64,000 nt of DNA, taken from contig JBJXFN010000061.1 in assembly GCA_046155535.1 (NCBI GenBank), positions 1,540 to 65,539 of the forward strand. Direction: 5' to 3'. The position numbers were made by a program, and so were the translations under genes. Below the pieces are notes generated by a model. It had not been told where the DNA came from. It saw only the letters and a list, made by a program, of their open reading frames with translations, and made no database searches. The stretch is from Burkholderiales bacterium (GTDB lineage Bacteria; Pseudomonadota; Gammaproteobacteria; Burkholderiales; JACQAP01). Of this stretch, positions 1-8,931 are shown in pieces. How positions within the stretch are numbered: position 1 is the first letter of the stretch; the number at the start of each line of letters is the position of its first letter.

Positions 1-1066
1 TGGGCGTGGCCGACCAGGATGTTGGGGTGCGCATGGCACGCAGGCGGCCTTCACTGGGATGATCTTCCGCGTAGAAAAATCCGCTGTCATTCAGATGGGG
101 ATCATTCACCACATCCTCGATGGAATTCATCGCGGAAACCGGAATATCGGCTTTTTCCAGCAGGGCATACCACTCCACGGTGCGGCGGGTCCGGAACAGT
201 TCGCCGAGAAACAAATAAATATCGTGGACGTTGGCCGCGCGGCTGGCCTGTGTTGCGAAACGCGGATCCTGCAGCAATTCGGGCTGTCCGATGGCGTCGG
301 CAAAACTGCGCCATTGTTTGTCGTTGTATACGAGCACACACAGATAACCGTCCGCCGTAGGGTAGGGCCGGCGGGCCAGCAAGCGTTGGTAACCCGCGCC
401 GCCCTCCGGCTGCATCCAGCTCAAGCCGGCGAGATGGTCCCCCAGGACGAAATGCGAAATGGATTCGAACATCGGTACTTCGATGGACTGCCCGACACCG
501 CTGCGTTCGCGCTGGTAGAGCGCAGTAGTGACGGTGTAGACCGCATGCAATCCGGTGACGCGGTCTGCAAAATTCACCGGCGCGTAATTCGGCGTCGCGC
601 CAGTCTGTGACACCACCCAGGGCACGCCGGAGGCGCCCTGGATCAAGTCGTCATACGCGGCCTTTGAGGCATAAGGCCCGTTCTGCGAGTAACCGTAGGT
701 GCCCACATAAAGCAGGCGGGGATTGACTGCGCGCACGTCGTCCCAGGACAGGCCCAGTCTGGTCATGGCCTGCGGGCGGACGTTGTAGATCAACACATCG
801 GCATTCCGGATCAGTCGCATCATCGCTTCCAGCCCCTGCGCCTGCTTGAGATCGAGCACAATGCCGCGTTTGCCGCGGTTGAGCGTCAGGAACATGTAGC
901 CCATGCCGGGGTGCTTCATCGGTCCCGGATGTCGCATGTTGTCGCCCTCGCGCGTCTCGATCTTGATCACCTCGGCACCCAGTTCGGCCAGTAATTGGGT
1001 GGCGAAGGGTCCGAGCACAACGGTCGTGAGGTCGAGGATTTTGACCCCGGCAAGCGGTCCTGGCAT
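1..1066 (-). CDS. Class III CoA-transferase (CaiB/BaiF family); 3' end runs off the left edge
   Basis: My own minus-strand translation from ATG at 1066-1064 reads MPGPLAGVKILDLTTVVLGPFATQLLAELGAEVIKIETREGD...RGKRGIVLDLK. The frame stays open to position 1. It is absent from the ORF track because no stop lies in the window. The N-terminal motif is typical of family III CoA-transferases. Confidence 0.75.
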   Translation of the reverse strand, partial: MPGPLAGVKILDLTTVVLGPFATQLLAELGAEVIKIETREGDNMRHPGPMKHPGMGYMFLTLNRGKRGIVLDLKQAQGLEAMMRLIRNADVLIYNVRPQAMTRLGLSWDDVRAVNPRLLYVGTYGYSQNGPYASKAAYDDLIQGASGVPWVVSQTGATPNYAPVNFADRVTGLHAVYTVTTALYQRERSGVGQSIEVPMFESISHFVLGDHLAGLSWMQPEGGAGYQRLLARRPYPTADGYLCVLVYNDKQWRSFADAIGQPELLQDPRFATQASRAANVHDIYLFLGELFRTRRTVEWYALLEKADIPVSAMNSIEDVVNDPHLNDSGFFYAEDHPSEGRLRAMRTPTSWSATP

Positions 1067-1076
1067 GGGAATGTCT

Positions 1077-2045
1077 CTACTCCATCGGAATATTGGCGGC
1101 GCGGATGAGTGTACCCCAGCGCGCCATCTGTTCCGGCACGAAGACGGCAAATTGCGCGCGGTCCATGGGATCCACTTCGTAGCCGATGGTCGCCAGCTTG
1201 CGGGCGATTTCCGGTTGCGCAATCAGCGCCAGTGTTTCCTTTTCCAGCCGGGCCACAATGTCGCGCGGCGTGCCGGCGGGAACGAACAGACCATTCCACG
1301 AAGTTACGTTTAGTTCCGGCAACGCGCTCGCAAGCGGTGGGGCACCCGGGACCAGTGCCGATCCCCCGGCCGGGGTGACCGCCAGCACTTTCAATTTTCC
1401 TGCCTTGACATGCGGCATGGCGGTAGCGAAGTCGGCGATCATGACCTGGATGCGCCCCGCGACCAGATCGAGAATCGCCTGCTGGCTAGATTTGTACGGC
1501 ACACCGACAAGCCCGGCCTTTGCACGCACGTTGATCATCTCCGCACAAATTCAAGACGTCGTATTGGCAGTGCCGTAGGAAATTTCTCCGGGGTGCGCAC
1601 GGGCGTATTTCAGAAATTCCTGCAGGTTATTGGCCGGGATGGCCGGGTTGATCACCAGCATGAAAGGCAGGGTACCGATGCGCACCACCGGATCGAAATC
1701 CTTCAACGGATCGTAGGCGAGTTTCTTGTACAGATAGGAGTTGGCGCCGTGCGTCGAATTGGTGGACATCAGTATTGTGTAACCGTCGGCCGGGCTTTGC
1801 GCAACATTAACGGCGCCAATTTGGCCATTGGCGCCCGCGCGATTGTCCACCACCACGGCCTGGCCAAGCCTTCGGGACAGTTCCTGGGCCATCAGCCGTC
1901 CGGCCGAGTCCGTGGCGCTGCCGGCTGCAAACGGAATGACCAGTCTGATCGGCTTGGCGGGGTAGGCTTCGGCCAGCGTAGGGGACGCCGCCGCCCAGAG
2001 CAGCAGCGCCATCGCAAGGGCAACCTTGTTCAATACGAAAAACAA
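1077..2045 (-). pseudogene. Bug/TctC-family tripartite tricarboxylate transporter substrate-binding protein, interrupted by an in-frame TGA
   Basis: ORFs 1551..2276 and 1077..1538 are in the same frame. They are separated only by TGA (complement of 1551-1553) plus four codons (ICAE). Joined, they read ...ISYGTANTTS*ICAEMINVRAKAGLVGVPYKSS, which is collinear with the intact Bug paralog at 44142..45128 (SFGSSGYGSSPHLSGELLRIDANIDVLHVPYRGSAP). A signal peptide FFVLNKVALAMALLLWAAASPTLAEA follows a probable TTG start at 2045, preceded by GGAG. Confidence 0.7.
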
Positions 2046-2136
2046 TCGTTCTCCATGGAACCGTCGGGGCTGAATCGGCGTGGCTGTGGACGGCTTCCGG
2101 GCTGGTGATTCCGCCGAAATCATGCGCGAATGGCCG

Positions 2137-2934
2137 TCATTCGTCGGTAAACAAGGGCGGGCGTTTTTCGATGAACGCCATGACGGCCTCCCTGTGCTGC
2201 GGCGTTTTGTGCGCAATGGCCTGAAAACCGGCAGACATTTCCAGCAGCGACTCCAGCCGCATGTTCTGGCCCTCACGCAACAGGCGCTTGGTCATGCGTA
2301 ATATCGATCCTGGATTTTTTGCGATACGCTGGGCGAGGGATCGCGCCTCATCCATCAGTTTGTCGTGCGCGACGACTCTGGAAACCAGCCCGCAGGCCAG
2401 TGCTTCGGCTGCGTCGATGCTGTCCCCGGTAAAACTCATTTCCGCGGCCCGGGACATGCCAACCACCCTCGGCAGCAGCCAGGCGCCGCCATCTCCCGGC
2501 ACGATGCCCACCTTGATGAAACTCTCGGCGAAGGTGGCCTGGTCGGCGGCAATGCGAATGTCGCACATGCAGGCCAGGTCACACCCCGCGCCGATCGCGG
2601 GGCCATTGACTGCGGCAATGGTGGGGATGTCGAGGTTGTAGAGGGCCAAGGGAATTTTCTGGATGCCCTGGCGGTATTCCTCCCGGATGGCGACGGGTGC
2701 GATATCACTCTCGAAAAAGCGCCGCATGTCCTTGACGTTGCCGCCGGAGGAGAACACCGGGCCGGCGCCGGTAATGATGACGGCCTTGACGCTGTTGTCT
2801 GCCGAGATGCGCGCGCACGCTTGAACAAATTCCATCGCGGCGTTGTTGCCGGTCAGGGCGTTGCGCGCGTCCGGCTGGTTCATCGTCAAGGTCACGATGG
2901 CACCATCCTGCTGATACAGAAGAAACGGATTCAT
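2137..2934 (-). CDS. Enoyl-CoA hydratase/isomerase (crotonase) family protein
   Basis: Translation MNPFLLYQQDGAIVTLTMNQPDARNAL...VIITGAGPVFSSGGNVKDM...AAVNGPAIGAGCDLACMCDIRIA is a crotonase fold signature. I prefer the internal ATG at 2934 over the ORF-track start at 3009, which would overlap the cupin gene. Confidence 0.85.
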   Translation of the reverse strand: MNPFLLYQQDGAIVTLTMNQPDARNALTGNNAAMEFVQACARISADNSVKAVIITGAGPVFSSGGNVKDMRRFFESDIAPVAIREEYRQGIQKIPLALYNLDIPTIAAVNGPAIGAGCDLACMCDIRIAADQATFAESFIKVGIVPGDGGAWLLPRVVGMSRAAEMSFTGDSIDAAEALACGLVSRVVAHDKLMDEARSLAQRIAKNPGSILRMTKRLLREGQNMRLESLLEMSAGFQAIAHKTPQHREAVMAFIEKRPPLFTDE

Positions 2935-2977
2935 TGGGATTCCAATTGAATTGTCGGGAACGTCGACGCGGTGGCGA

Positions 2978-3367
2978 TCAGCGCCTGACCTTGTCCGGAT
3001 GCTCGCCATATGGGGGAGCGTAAATCACCAGTACCCGCGCCGGCAGGTCGCCGATGACGGTAAAGGCGTGCGGGGTGTCAGGCGGGAAATAACAACAATC
3101 ACCCGGCTCCAGATCGCACACTTCACCATCGATTTCCGCGCGGGCTCGCCCGGCCAGCAGATAACAGACTTGCTCGATGCCGAGATGTGAATGCGGAAGT
3201 GCGCCGCGGCCTTTATCAATGACCCCCAGCACCACTTCCAGGCCCCTGGCACCGACGTTCTCCGGACCGATCAGCCGGCGATTTACTGTGCCAGTATGGT
3301 TGGCGGGATGATAGCCCGGGGTGAGGGCTTCCTTGACAAGGAAACGGGATGAAGCGCGGGGTTGCAT
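2978..3367 (-). CDS. Cupin domain protein
   Basis: 129 aa with a cupin_2-like core, GALPHSHLGIEQVCYLLAGRARAEIDGEVCDLEPGDCCYFPPDTPHAF. It sits in the same operon direction as the crotonase, Bug and CoA-transferase genes. Confidence 0.7.
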   Translation of the reverse strand: MQPRASSRFLVKEALTPGYHPANHTGTVNRRLIGPENVGARGLEVVLGVIDKGRGALPHSHLGIEQVCYLLAGRARAEIDGEVCDLEPGDCCYFPPDTPHAFTVIGDLPARVLVIYAPPYGEHPDKVRR

Positions 3368-3634
3368 GGTTGCGGGTCTCCGGGCGGCTTTGCCGTGAGC
3401 GGCGAGTGTATCGCAGGAGCAGGCGACGGGTTCGGACGGACATCCGCCGCGACAGGGGTGTTGTAAAACGACCCAGTCGCCGGGCTTCTGTTATCGTTGA
3501 TGGGAAACGGCGCTGACAGAACAACGATTCGGGGGTTGGGTGATCAATTCGGGGGTAAAGGCGGACGGGAGGTGGTGTGCCCCGGCGGGAGCACGCGGAG
3601 CCGGGTTGCCCGTGCATCGGACCGGGCGCTCGCC

Positions 3635-4435
3635 ATGAACACGGTGGCGGAGTGGATCGAGCGTCAGGGCACGGGCTTCCTGCTGCGGGTGGAGGCGTGG
3701 GCGCGGGTGTTTCGTTTCATCGCCACGGCGGTGGCGCGCGTCCTGTCACCTTCACTCTACAACCGCGCGACGCGGCTTGTGATCCAGCGCCAGATCTACT
3801 TCACCGCGTGGCAGATTCTCCCGGGGTTCACCGCGTTCGCCGCGGTGTTCAGCGTGGTGTTCATCCAGATCGTTGGGGCCACGGCGCGGGACTTCGGCCT
3901 GTACGCCTATGCGCTCGAACTGGTGGTCCGGGTTCTCGTGCTGGAAATCCTGCCGATGATGACCGCGTTTTTTATTGCGTTGCGCACGGGTGCTGCGATC
4001 AATACCGAAGTGGCGTTGATGAAGATCCAGAACGAACTCGCGGCGCTGCAACGCATGGGCGTGGACCCGTTGCGTCTGGAACTTCTGCCGCGGGTGATCG
4101 GCGGAACCGTTTCCGTGCTGGCGCTCACCGCCGTGAGCATCGCCGTGTCGCTCGGGCTTGCCCACCTGCTCATCATCGAATTGCAGCCCTGGAGCCTGCC
4201 GCCGGGTGAGTTCACCCGGGTCATCGGCAAAGTGCTCGATCTTCCGACAATGTTGCTGCTGTGGATAAAGACACTCGCCTTCGGCCTGGCGGTCACCGCG
4301 ATCCCGATCACCGAGGGGCTTGCAACGCCGCAGAGGCTTTACCATGCACCGATTGCAGTGCTGCGCGGGATGGTGCGACTCTTTTCGGCGCTGATGATGA
4401 TTGAACTTGCCGCGCTGGCGGTGCTTTACGTGTGA
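3635..4435 (+). CDS. MlaE-family ABC transporter permease
   Basis: Translation from ATG 3635 (MNTVAEWIERQG...) includes QIYFTAWQILPGFTAFAAVFSVVFIQIV...LEILPMMTAFFIALRTGAAINTEVALMKIQNELAALQRMGVDP. This matches the MlaE/YrbE family pattern (multi-TM, conserved EI.AL..MG.dP segment). Confidence 0.8.
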   Translation: MNTVAEWIERQGTGFLLRVEAWARVFRFIATAVARVLSPSLYNRATRLVIQRQIYFTAWQILPGFTAFAAVFSVVFIQIVGATARDFGLYAYALELVVRVLVLEILPMMTAFFIALRTGAAINTEVALMKIQNELAALQRMGVDPLRLELLPRVIGGTVSVLALTAVSIAVSLGLAHLLIIELQPWSLPPGEFTRVIGKVLDLPTMLLLWIKTLAFGLAVTAIPITEGLATPQRLYHAPIAVLRGMVRLFSALMMIELAALAVLYV

Positions 4436-4920
4436 CGACAATGACCGCCGCCCCGGAAAACACATCGATCAAGCGGGTGGTCCTGTTGATGGACGATGCC
4501 GAGCGCCGAAAGCGGCTCGCGGAGCACCCGGAGGCGGCACTGGTGTCCGAAACGCTGCCGTTGCGGGCCAACCTGTCGGTCTCTGAAAACATCACCATGG
4601 TGCTGCAATACCGCACCAACAACTTCATCGGCGAGGCGGACGAAAAGGCCTGGGAGTTGATCCGTCTGCTCAAATGCGAGGCCTGCGCGGACAAACGCGA
4701 CCCTGACCTGAGCCACGAGGAACGGTTCATCGCCAAGCTCCTGCGCGCGGTGGTAGTGCGCCCGGCGCTCATCCTCATCGATCGACCGGCGCTTTTGCTG
4801 CCGGACACCCGGTATCCACAATTCCTGAATGAAATCCTGCGGGTGCTCGAAGGGCGATTCGAGCAGTGCTGGATTCTGGATTACGCATGGAACAAACCCC
4901 TGTACGAGAATCGAGGATAA
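4432..4920 (+). CDS. Truncated, degenerate ABC nucleotide-binding-domain-like protein (no Walker A)
   Basis: GTG start overlaps the MlaE stop (GTGA). The 162 aa align by eye with the C-terminal two thirds of MlaF-type NBDs. Q-loop region: LVSETLPLRANLSVSENI. Signature: LSHEE instead of LSGGQ. Walker B: ILIDRP instead of hhhhDEP. H-loop region: LDYA instead of SHD. Only about 30 aa precede the Q-loop region, and no GxxGxGK[ST] motif is present. Confidence 0.6.
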   Translation: MTTMTAAPENTSIKRVVLLMDDAERRKRLAEHPEAALVSETLPLRANLSVSENITMVLQYRTNNFIGEADEKAWELIRLLKCEACADKRDPDLSHEERFIAKLLRAVVVRPALILIDRPALLLPDTRYPQFLNEILRVLEGRFEQCWILDYAWNKPLYENRG

Positions 4921-5885
4921 AAAACCTCGGATTCAAGGTCGGGGTGGTCCTGACGCTGATTCCGGTATTGGTCCTCGGCTTGCTGTTGTATGCGCTTTAT
5001 GCGCGCGGCGTATTCGACCGCACGCAGAAAATTTTTCTGCTCGCGCCCAATGCCGAGGGGGTGAGCAGCGGCATGCAGGTGATGTTTTCCGGGTTTCCGA
5101 TCGGGCAGGTCACCGACATGGCCCTGACCGAACAGGGAGAGGTCAGGATCGAAGTGCGCGTGAAGGAAAAGAACCTCCGCTGGTTGCGCACGAGCTCCGA
5201 ATTCACGATCGAAAAACCCTGGTTCGGCCAGGCGTGGATTCGCGCCACCTCGCCGAAAATGAATGATCCGCCGCTCGCCGCCAGAGCCGAGCGCATACTG
5301 GTGGCGCGCGATGCGACCCAGGACCTGCCTCAGGTGATCGCGCGCGCGAACACGGTTCTCGAAAACATCGAAGCGATCACCCGGTCGGATTCGAGTTTCC
5401 GGCTCGCACTCGATAACCTCCGGACGATCACCGAACGCATGTCTGGCGAAAACGGCATCCTCGCGGGCCTGACCGGCAGCCCGGACAGCGCGCGGCAACT
5501 GCTGGAGACGGTGGAGGGGGTCAATGCGCTGCTCGCATCGCTCAACCAGGTCACCCGCCGTGCCGACCGTCTCCTCGGGCGGACCGACGAAAAGATGTTT
5601 GGTGCCGGCGGTGTGATGGACGAAGCGCAGCAATCGTTGCTTCAATTCGGAAAGATGTTGATCGAGGCACGCGAAAGCCTGAAAAAGGCTGACGTCGTTC
5701 TGGCAAACGCCGAGGCCGCCACCGCGGAGATGAAACGCGCCAGCGGTAATGTAGCGGCCGCGACCACCGATCTCACTGCGCTGCGCAGCGAAGTGGAGGA
5801 CAGCATCCGCAAGGTGAACGGCCTGATCGGTGAAATCAACCGCAAATGGCCGTTCGCGCGCAAGTCGGAGATCAAGCTGCCGTGA
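4887..5885 (+). CDS. MlaD/MCE-domain protein with long C-terminal helical region
   Basis: N-terminal TM segment (FKVGVVLTLIPVLVLGLLLYALY) is followed by an MCE-like domain (IFLLAPNAEGVSSGMQVMFSGFPIGQVTDMALTEQGEVRIEVRV). The start is taken at ATG 4887 and overlaps the upstream ORF by 34 nt. GTG 4866 is an alternative start. Confidence 0.75.
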   Translation: MEQTPVRESRIKNLGFKVGVVLTLIPVLVLGLLLYALYARGVFDRTQKIFLLAPNAEGVSSGMQVMFSGFPIGQVTDMALTEQGEVRIEVRVKEKNLRWLRTSSEFTIEKPWFGQAWIRATSPKMNDPPLAARAERILVARDATQDLPQVIARANTVLENIEAITRSDSSFRLALDNLRTITERMSGENGILAGLTGSPDSARQLLETVEGVNALLASLNQVTRRADRLLGRTDEKMFGAGGVMDEAQQSLLQFGKMLIEARESLKKADVVLANAEAATAEMKRASGNVAAATTDLTALRSEVEDSIRKVNGLIGEINRKWPFARKSEIKLP

Positions 5886-6562
5886 AGTCCTCGCAGTCTC
5901 CCCGGTGTTTTCCGTGGCGGATTACGGTTGGCAGCGCTGTTGTGCTGCTGGCGGCATGTTCCACGACTCCACCGCCGGCCTGGCAGTCGGAGGCGTTTGA
6001 TGCGCTCGAGCGCCAAAGAATGGCTTATTTCGCCGGCGAATCCCGCACCGCGGAGCGCGAAATTTTGCGAGCAAAACGGGCGTTGTCCGCGACCGGCCGT
6101 CCGGATCTCGTGGCACGCGTGGAGTTGATTCGCTGCGGCCACGGCCACGCAAGCCTTGACTTTGATACCTGCGCCGCAGTCGCGGCATTGCGAGAGGACA
6201 TGGCAGTCGAAGACCAGCCCTATGCCGTATGGCTGACCGAATCCGCAGGCCCGGTCGACGCCGCTTCGTTGCCGGTGCAGTACCGCGACGTGTCGCGAGC
6301 CGTCAACGATAAAGCGCGAGTTCAGGCGTTAAACAAGATTGCCGATCCTGTATCGCGACTGATCGCCGCCGGCGTGTTGTTTCGGCGGCAGCAGCTTGCC
6401 CCCGGAGGCATCGAAATTGCTATTGATACCGCGTCCGCACAGGGCTTTCGCCGTCCGTTGCTGGCGTGGCTCACCGTTGAATTGCGGCGCGCCGAGGCCG
6501 CCGGAGACGCGACGACGGTCGAGCGGCTGAGGCGGCGCATCGCGCTCGCCACCGGTGGGTAA
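5882..6562 (+). CDS. Putative lipoprotein, last gene of the Mla-like operon
   Basis: A GTG at 5882 overlaps the MlaD-like stop (GTGA). A lipobox-like sequence VVLLAAC|STT lies near the N-terminus. No family was recognised. The position matches the auxiliary-lipoprotein slot of MCE operons. Confidence 0.5.
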   Translation: MKSSQSPRCFPWRITVGSAVVLLAACSTTPPPAWQSEAFDALERQRMAYFAGESRTAEREILRAKRALSATGRPDLVARVELIRCGHGHASLDFDTCAAVAALREDMAVEDQPYAVWLTESAGPVDAASLPVQYRDVSRAVNDKARVQALNKIADPVSRLIAAGVLFRRQQLAPGGIEIAIDTASAQGFRRPLLAWLTVELRRAEAAGDATTVERLRRRIALATGG

Positions 6563-6586
6563 TGCGACATTCAACTGGAGTACGCG

Positions 6587-7477
6587 ATGAAAAAAATGTG
6601 GGTCGCGCTGTATGTGTCGATCTCCTGGAGCCTGGGTTTCCCGGCGCAGGCGCAGGACGCTGCGCCTCTTCTTTGGGAAGCCCGGTCCGGCGACCGTACG
6701 GTCTATCTGTTCGGGACGCTGCATGTGGGCAAGCCGGAGTTTTATCCGCTGCCAAAACCGGTTGACGAGGCGTATCGCCGGTCGAAATTCCTCATCCTGG
6801 AAACGGATTTTTCCGACACCCGGGGGCAGGCCGAAGCCCTGGGTATCGGTTCGCTGCCGGCCGGCAAGTCACTTTTCTCCGAGTTGCCGGTGGACTTGTC
6901 CAACCGCTTAAGCCGTGCGCTTGAAGCCAACACGATTCCGGCCGATGCCTTTCGGCCGATCAAACCCTTCATGGCCATGCTGGCACTGGTGATGATGGAA
7001 TACGCCAAACTGGGTTACCTGCCGCAACATGGACTGGACCAGCATTTCGCAGTTCGCGCCGCGGCCGAGGCCAAACCGGTGATCGGACTCGAATCCATGG
7101 GCGAGCAGATGCGCATGCTCGATGAACTGTCCACCCCGCTGCAGAACGCCATGCTGGACCTCACGCTCAAGGACATGGAGTCCGGTGCGATGGCACCGCT
7201 CACCAGAAAATTGGTCGATGCCTGGCGGCGCGGCGATGCGGAGGCGGTGCGCGCGCTTCTCGAAACCGAGGAGAAACGCCTGCCGCCGGCATTGGCGGCG
7301 GAGTTCCATGAAAAATTCCTGACCTCGAGAAATCGCGTCATGCTCGCCGGCATCGAACGCGCATTAAAAAGCGCCGACCGGTTGTTCGTGGCGGTTGGTG
7401 CATTGCATCTGATCGGCACGGACAGCCTGCTCGAGATGCTCGGCAGGAAAGGATTCCAGATTGTCCGCCGCGAGTGA
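6587..7477 (+). CDS. TraB/GumN family protein (secreted)
   Basis: Signal peptide MKKMWVALYVSISWSLGFPAQAQ is followed by LLWEARSGDRTVYLFGTLHVGKPEFYPLP and a C-terminal VAVGALHLIGTDSLLEMLGRKGFQI, which are typical GumN/TraB motifs. Confidence 0.75.
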   Translation: MKKMWVALYVSISWSLGFPAQAQDAAPLLWEARSGDRTVYLFGTLHVGKPEFYPLPKPVDEAYRRSKFLILETDFSDTRGQAEALGIGSLPAGKSLFSELPVDLSNRLSRALEANTIPADAFRPIKPFMAMLALVMMEYAKLGYLPQHGLDQHFAVRAAAEAKPVIGLESMGEQMRMLDELSTPLQNAMLDLTLKDMESGAMAPLTRKLVDAWRRGDAEAVRALLETEEKRLPPALAAEFHEKFLTSRNRVMLAGIERALKSADRLFVAVGALHLIGTDSLLEMLGRKGFQIVRRE

Positions 7478-7558
7478 GGCGACGCGGCCGGCGGGACCGC
7501 CATGCCATCGAACACGCGTTGCGGTCGGCCGGAGGCGTTTCGATCCGCGTGCCGGCAC

Positions 7559-8674
7559 TTAGCGTGTGAGCCGGAATTCGCCCACGACGAAGATTTCCCC
7601 ATTGATCAGCGCCTCCACCCGGTGAAGGCCGGGATGGTGTTTGCGCGTGGTCATTTCGTTGAGAGAGATTTTTTTTGACAGGCGGAAGGACGCCCGCGGC
7701 GCGAGTTCGACAGTCTTGAGTTTAAACACCTTCGGCCGGGATTCGCCATTGGCCTTGCAGTAAAAAATCCGAAAGTCCACCAGGAATGTCTGCGCCCGCT
7801 TAGAGACGTTGGACACTTCGAACGAAAGGGCAACCTCGCCGCCGATGCGTGCCCGGCGCGGCGATACGACGGCGTTGCGAATCTTCGCCTGTCCGCGCGT
7901 CCCGACACCGAACAATTTGAGCGCGGCCTGATCACCGCGCTTGATGGCCGAACGCAGCGCGTGCCGGATCAATTTGCGGCGCGGTTCCGGCGCATCTTTC
8001 ATCCAGCGGATGGCAATATCGGTGAGCAGACGAGGGTGGTCCTTGCCGATGTCGTTCAGGTGGTTCGCGACCGAACGCCGGACGTAGGGCTCCGGGTCGT
8101 CCTTCAGCAATTCCAGCAATGCGATGACCGGTGTCGGATCTTTTTCGAAAACGCGCAGGCGGGACGCCCAGGGCAGACGCGGACGGGTGCCCTCGGACAC
8201 CAGCCGCCGGACGTGTTCGCTGGGATCGGTGGCCCAGACCCGCAATCGCGCAAGCGATGCTTCCGGGTACTTTTCGATGAAGGGCCGGATGCTGAATTCG
8301 GCGGTAAACCTCTGCGTGATTTCGTACTGTGCCGCCATGGATGCCTCGAAATGATCCAGCCCGAACTCCGCCACAAAGCAGGAATGAGGCAGATACAGGA
8401 ACGGCGCCATGCCTTGGCTTTCCGTTGCATCGAGCTTCGGGCCGAGAGAAGCCACCAGGATTTTTGCTGCATCTGGAAAGTATGGAGGCAGCCAGGGGCG
8501 CAGCGCGCGTGCGATTCTCCAGCCACGTGGGAGCAATTCAAGCGAGTCGTAGTCTTGCAGGGCCTCCCGGACAAAGGCCTTCGTGTCAAAACCGGGATGG
8601 ACCCCACTGATCATTCCCGCAATCGTTTTGGGAATGTCCGGACCGAATTTATTTTTGAGGGGCTCGGGCATCAA
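7559..8674 (-). CDS. DNA alkylation repair protein (AlkC-like HEAT-repeat glycosylase family with extra C-terminal domain)
   Basis: 371 aa containing VRRLVSEGTRPRLPWASRL...DDPEPYVRRSVANHLNDIGKDHP, the hallmark of the DNA alkylation repair enzyme family. The roughly 100-aa C-terminal beta-rich extension is consistent with AlkC-type architecture. Confidence 0.65.
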   Translation of the reverse strand: MMPEPLKNKFGPDIPKTIAGMISGVHPGFDTKAFVREALQDYDSLELLPRGWRIARALRPWLPPYFPDAAKILVASLGPKLDATESQGMAPFLYLPHSCFVAEFGLDHFEASMAAQYEITQRFTAEFSIRPFIEKYPEASLARLRVWATDPSEHVRRLVSEGTRPRLPWASRLRVFEKDPTPVIALLELLKDDPEPYVRRSVANHLNDIGKDHPRLLTDIAIRWMKDAPEPRRKLIRHALRSAIKRGDQAALKLFGVGTRGQAKIRNAVVSPRRARIGGEVALSFEVSNVSKRAQTFLVDFRIFYCKANGESRPKVFKLKTVELAPRASFRLSKKISLNEMTTRKHHPGLHRVEALINGEIFVVGEFRLTR

Positions 8675-8931
8675 TATCCCGTCAGCTTCTGGCTACAGGT
8701 ACTCGAACGAGCCCACGCAAGAACGCGTCCTGCGTAAGTCCGATTGGCGCACGTACGTCGACTCGATCCGGGAGTGTTTTCATCCAGTTGGTTCTACTGG
8801 CCTTCGAACGCATCCTTTTTCACAACGCGACAATGCAAGACTTGAATCTTTGCATCTCGCCGCCCTTGCTCCCAGTCTTGAAGCATATGTGCAGATCGGA
8901 GCGCGTTGCGTGATGAATTGAAAGGCATGCA

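Noticed and set aside
1551-1553. Whether the in-frame TGA in the Bug gene could encode selenocysteine
   Set aside because: Bug/TctC binding proteins are not known selenoproteins, and the aligned position is not a catalytic Cys. I also see no convincing SECIS-like hairpin immediately 3' of the codon on the coding strand. A nonsense mutation or sequencing error is more parsimonious.
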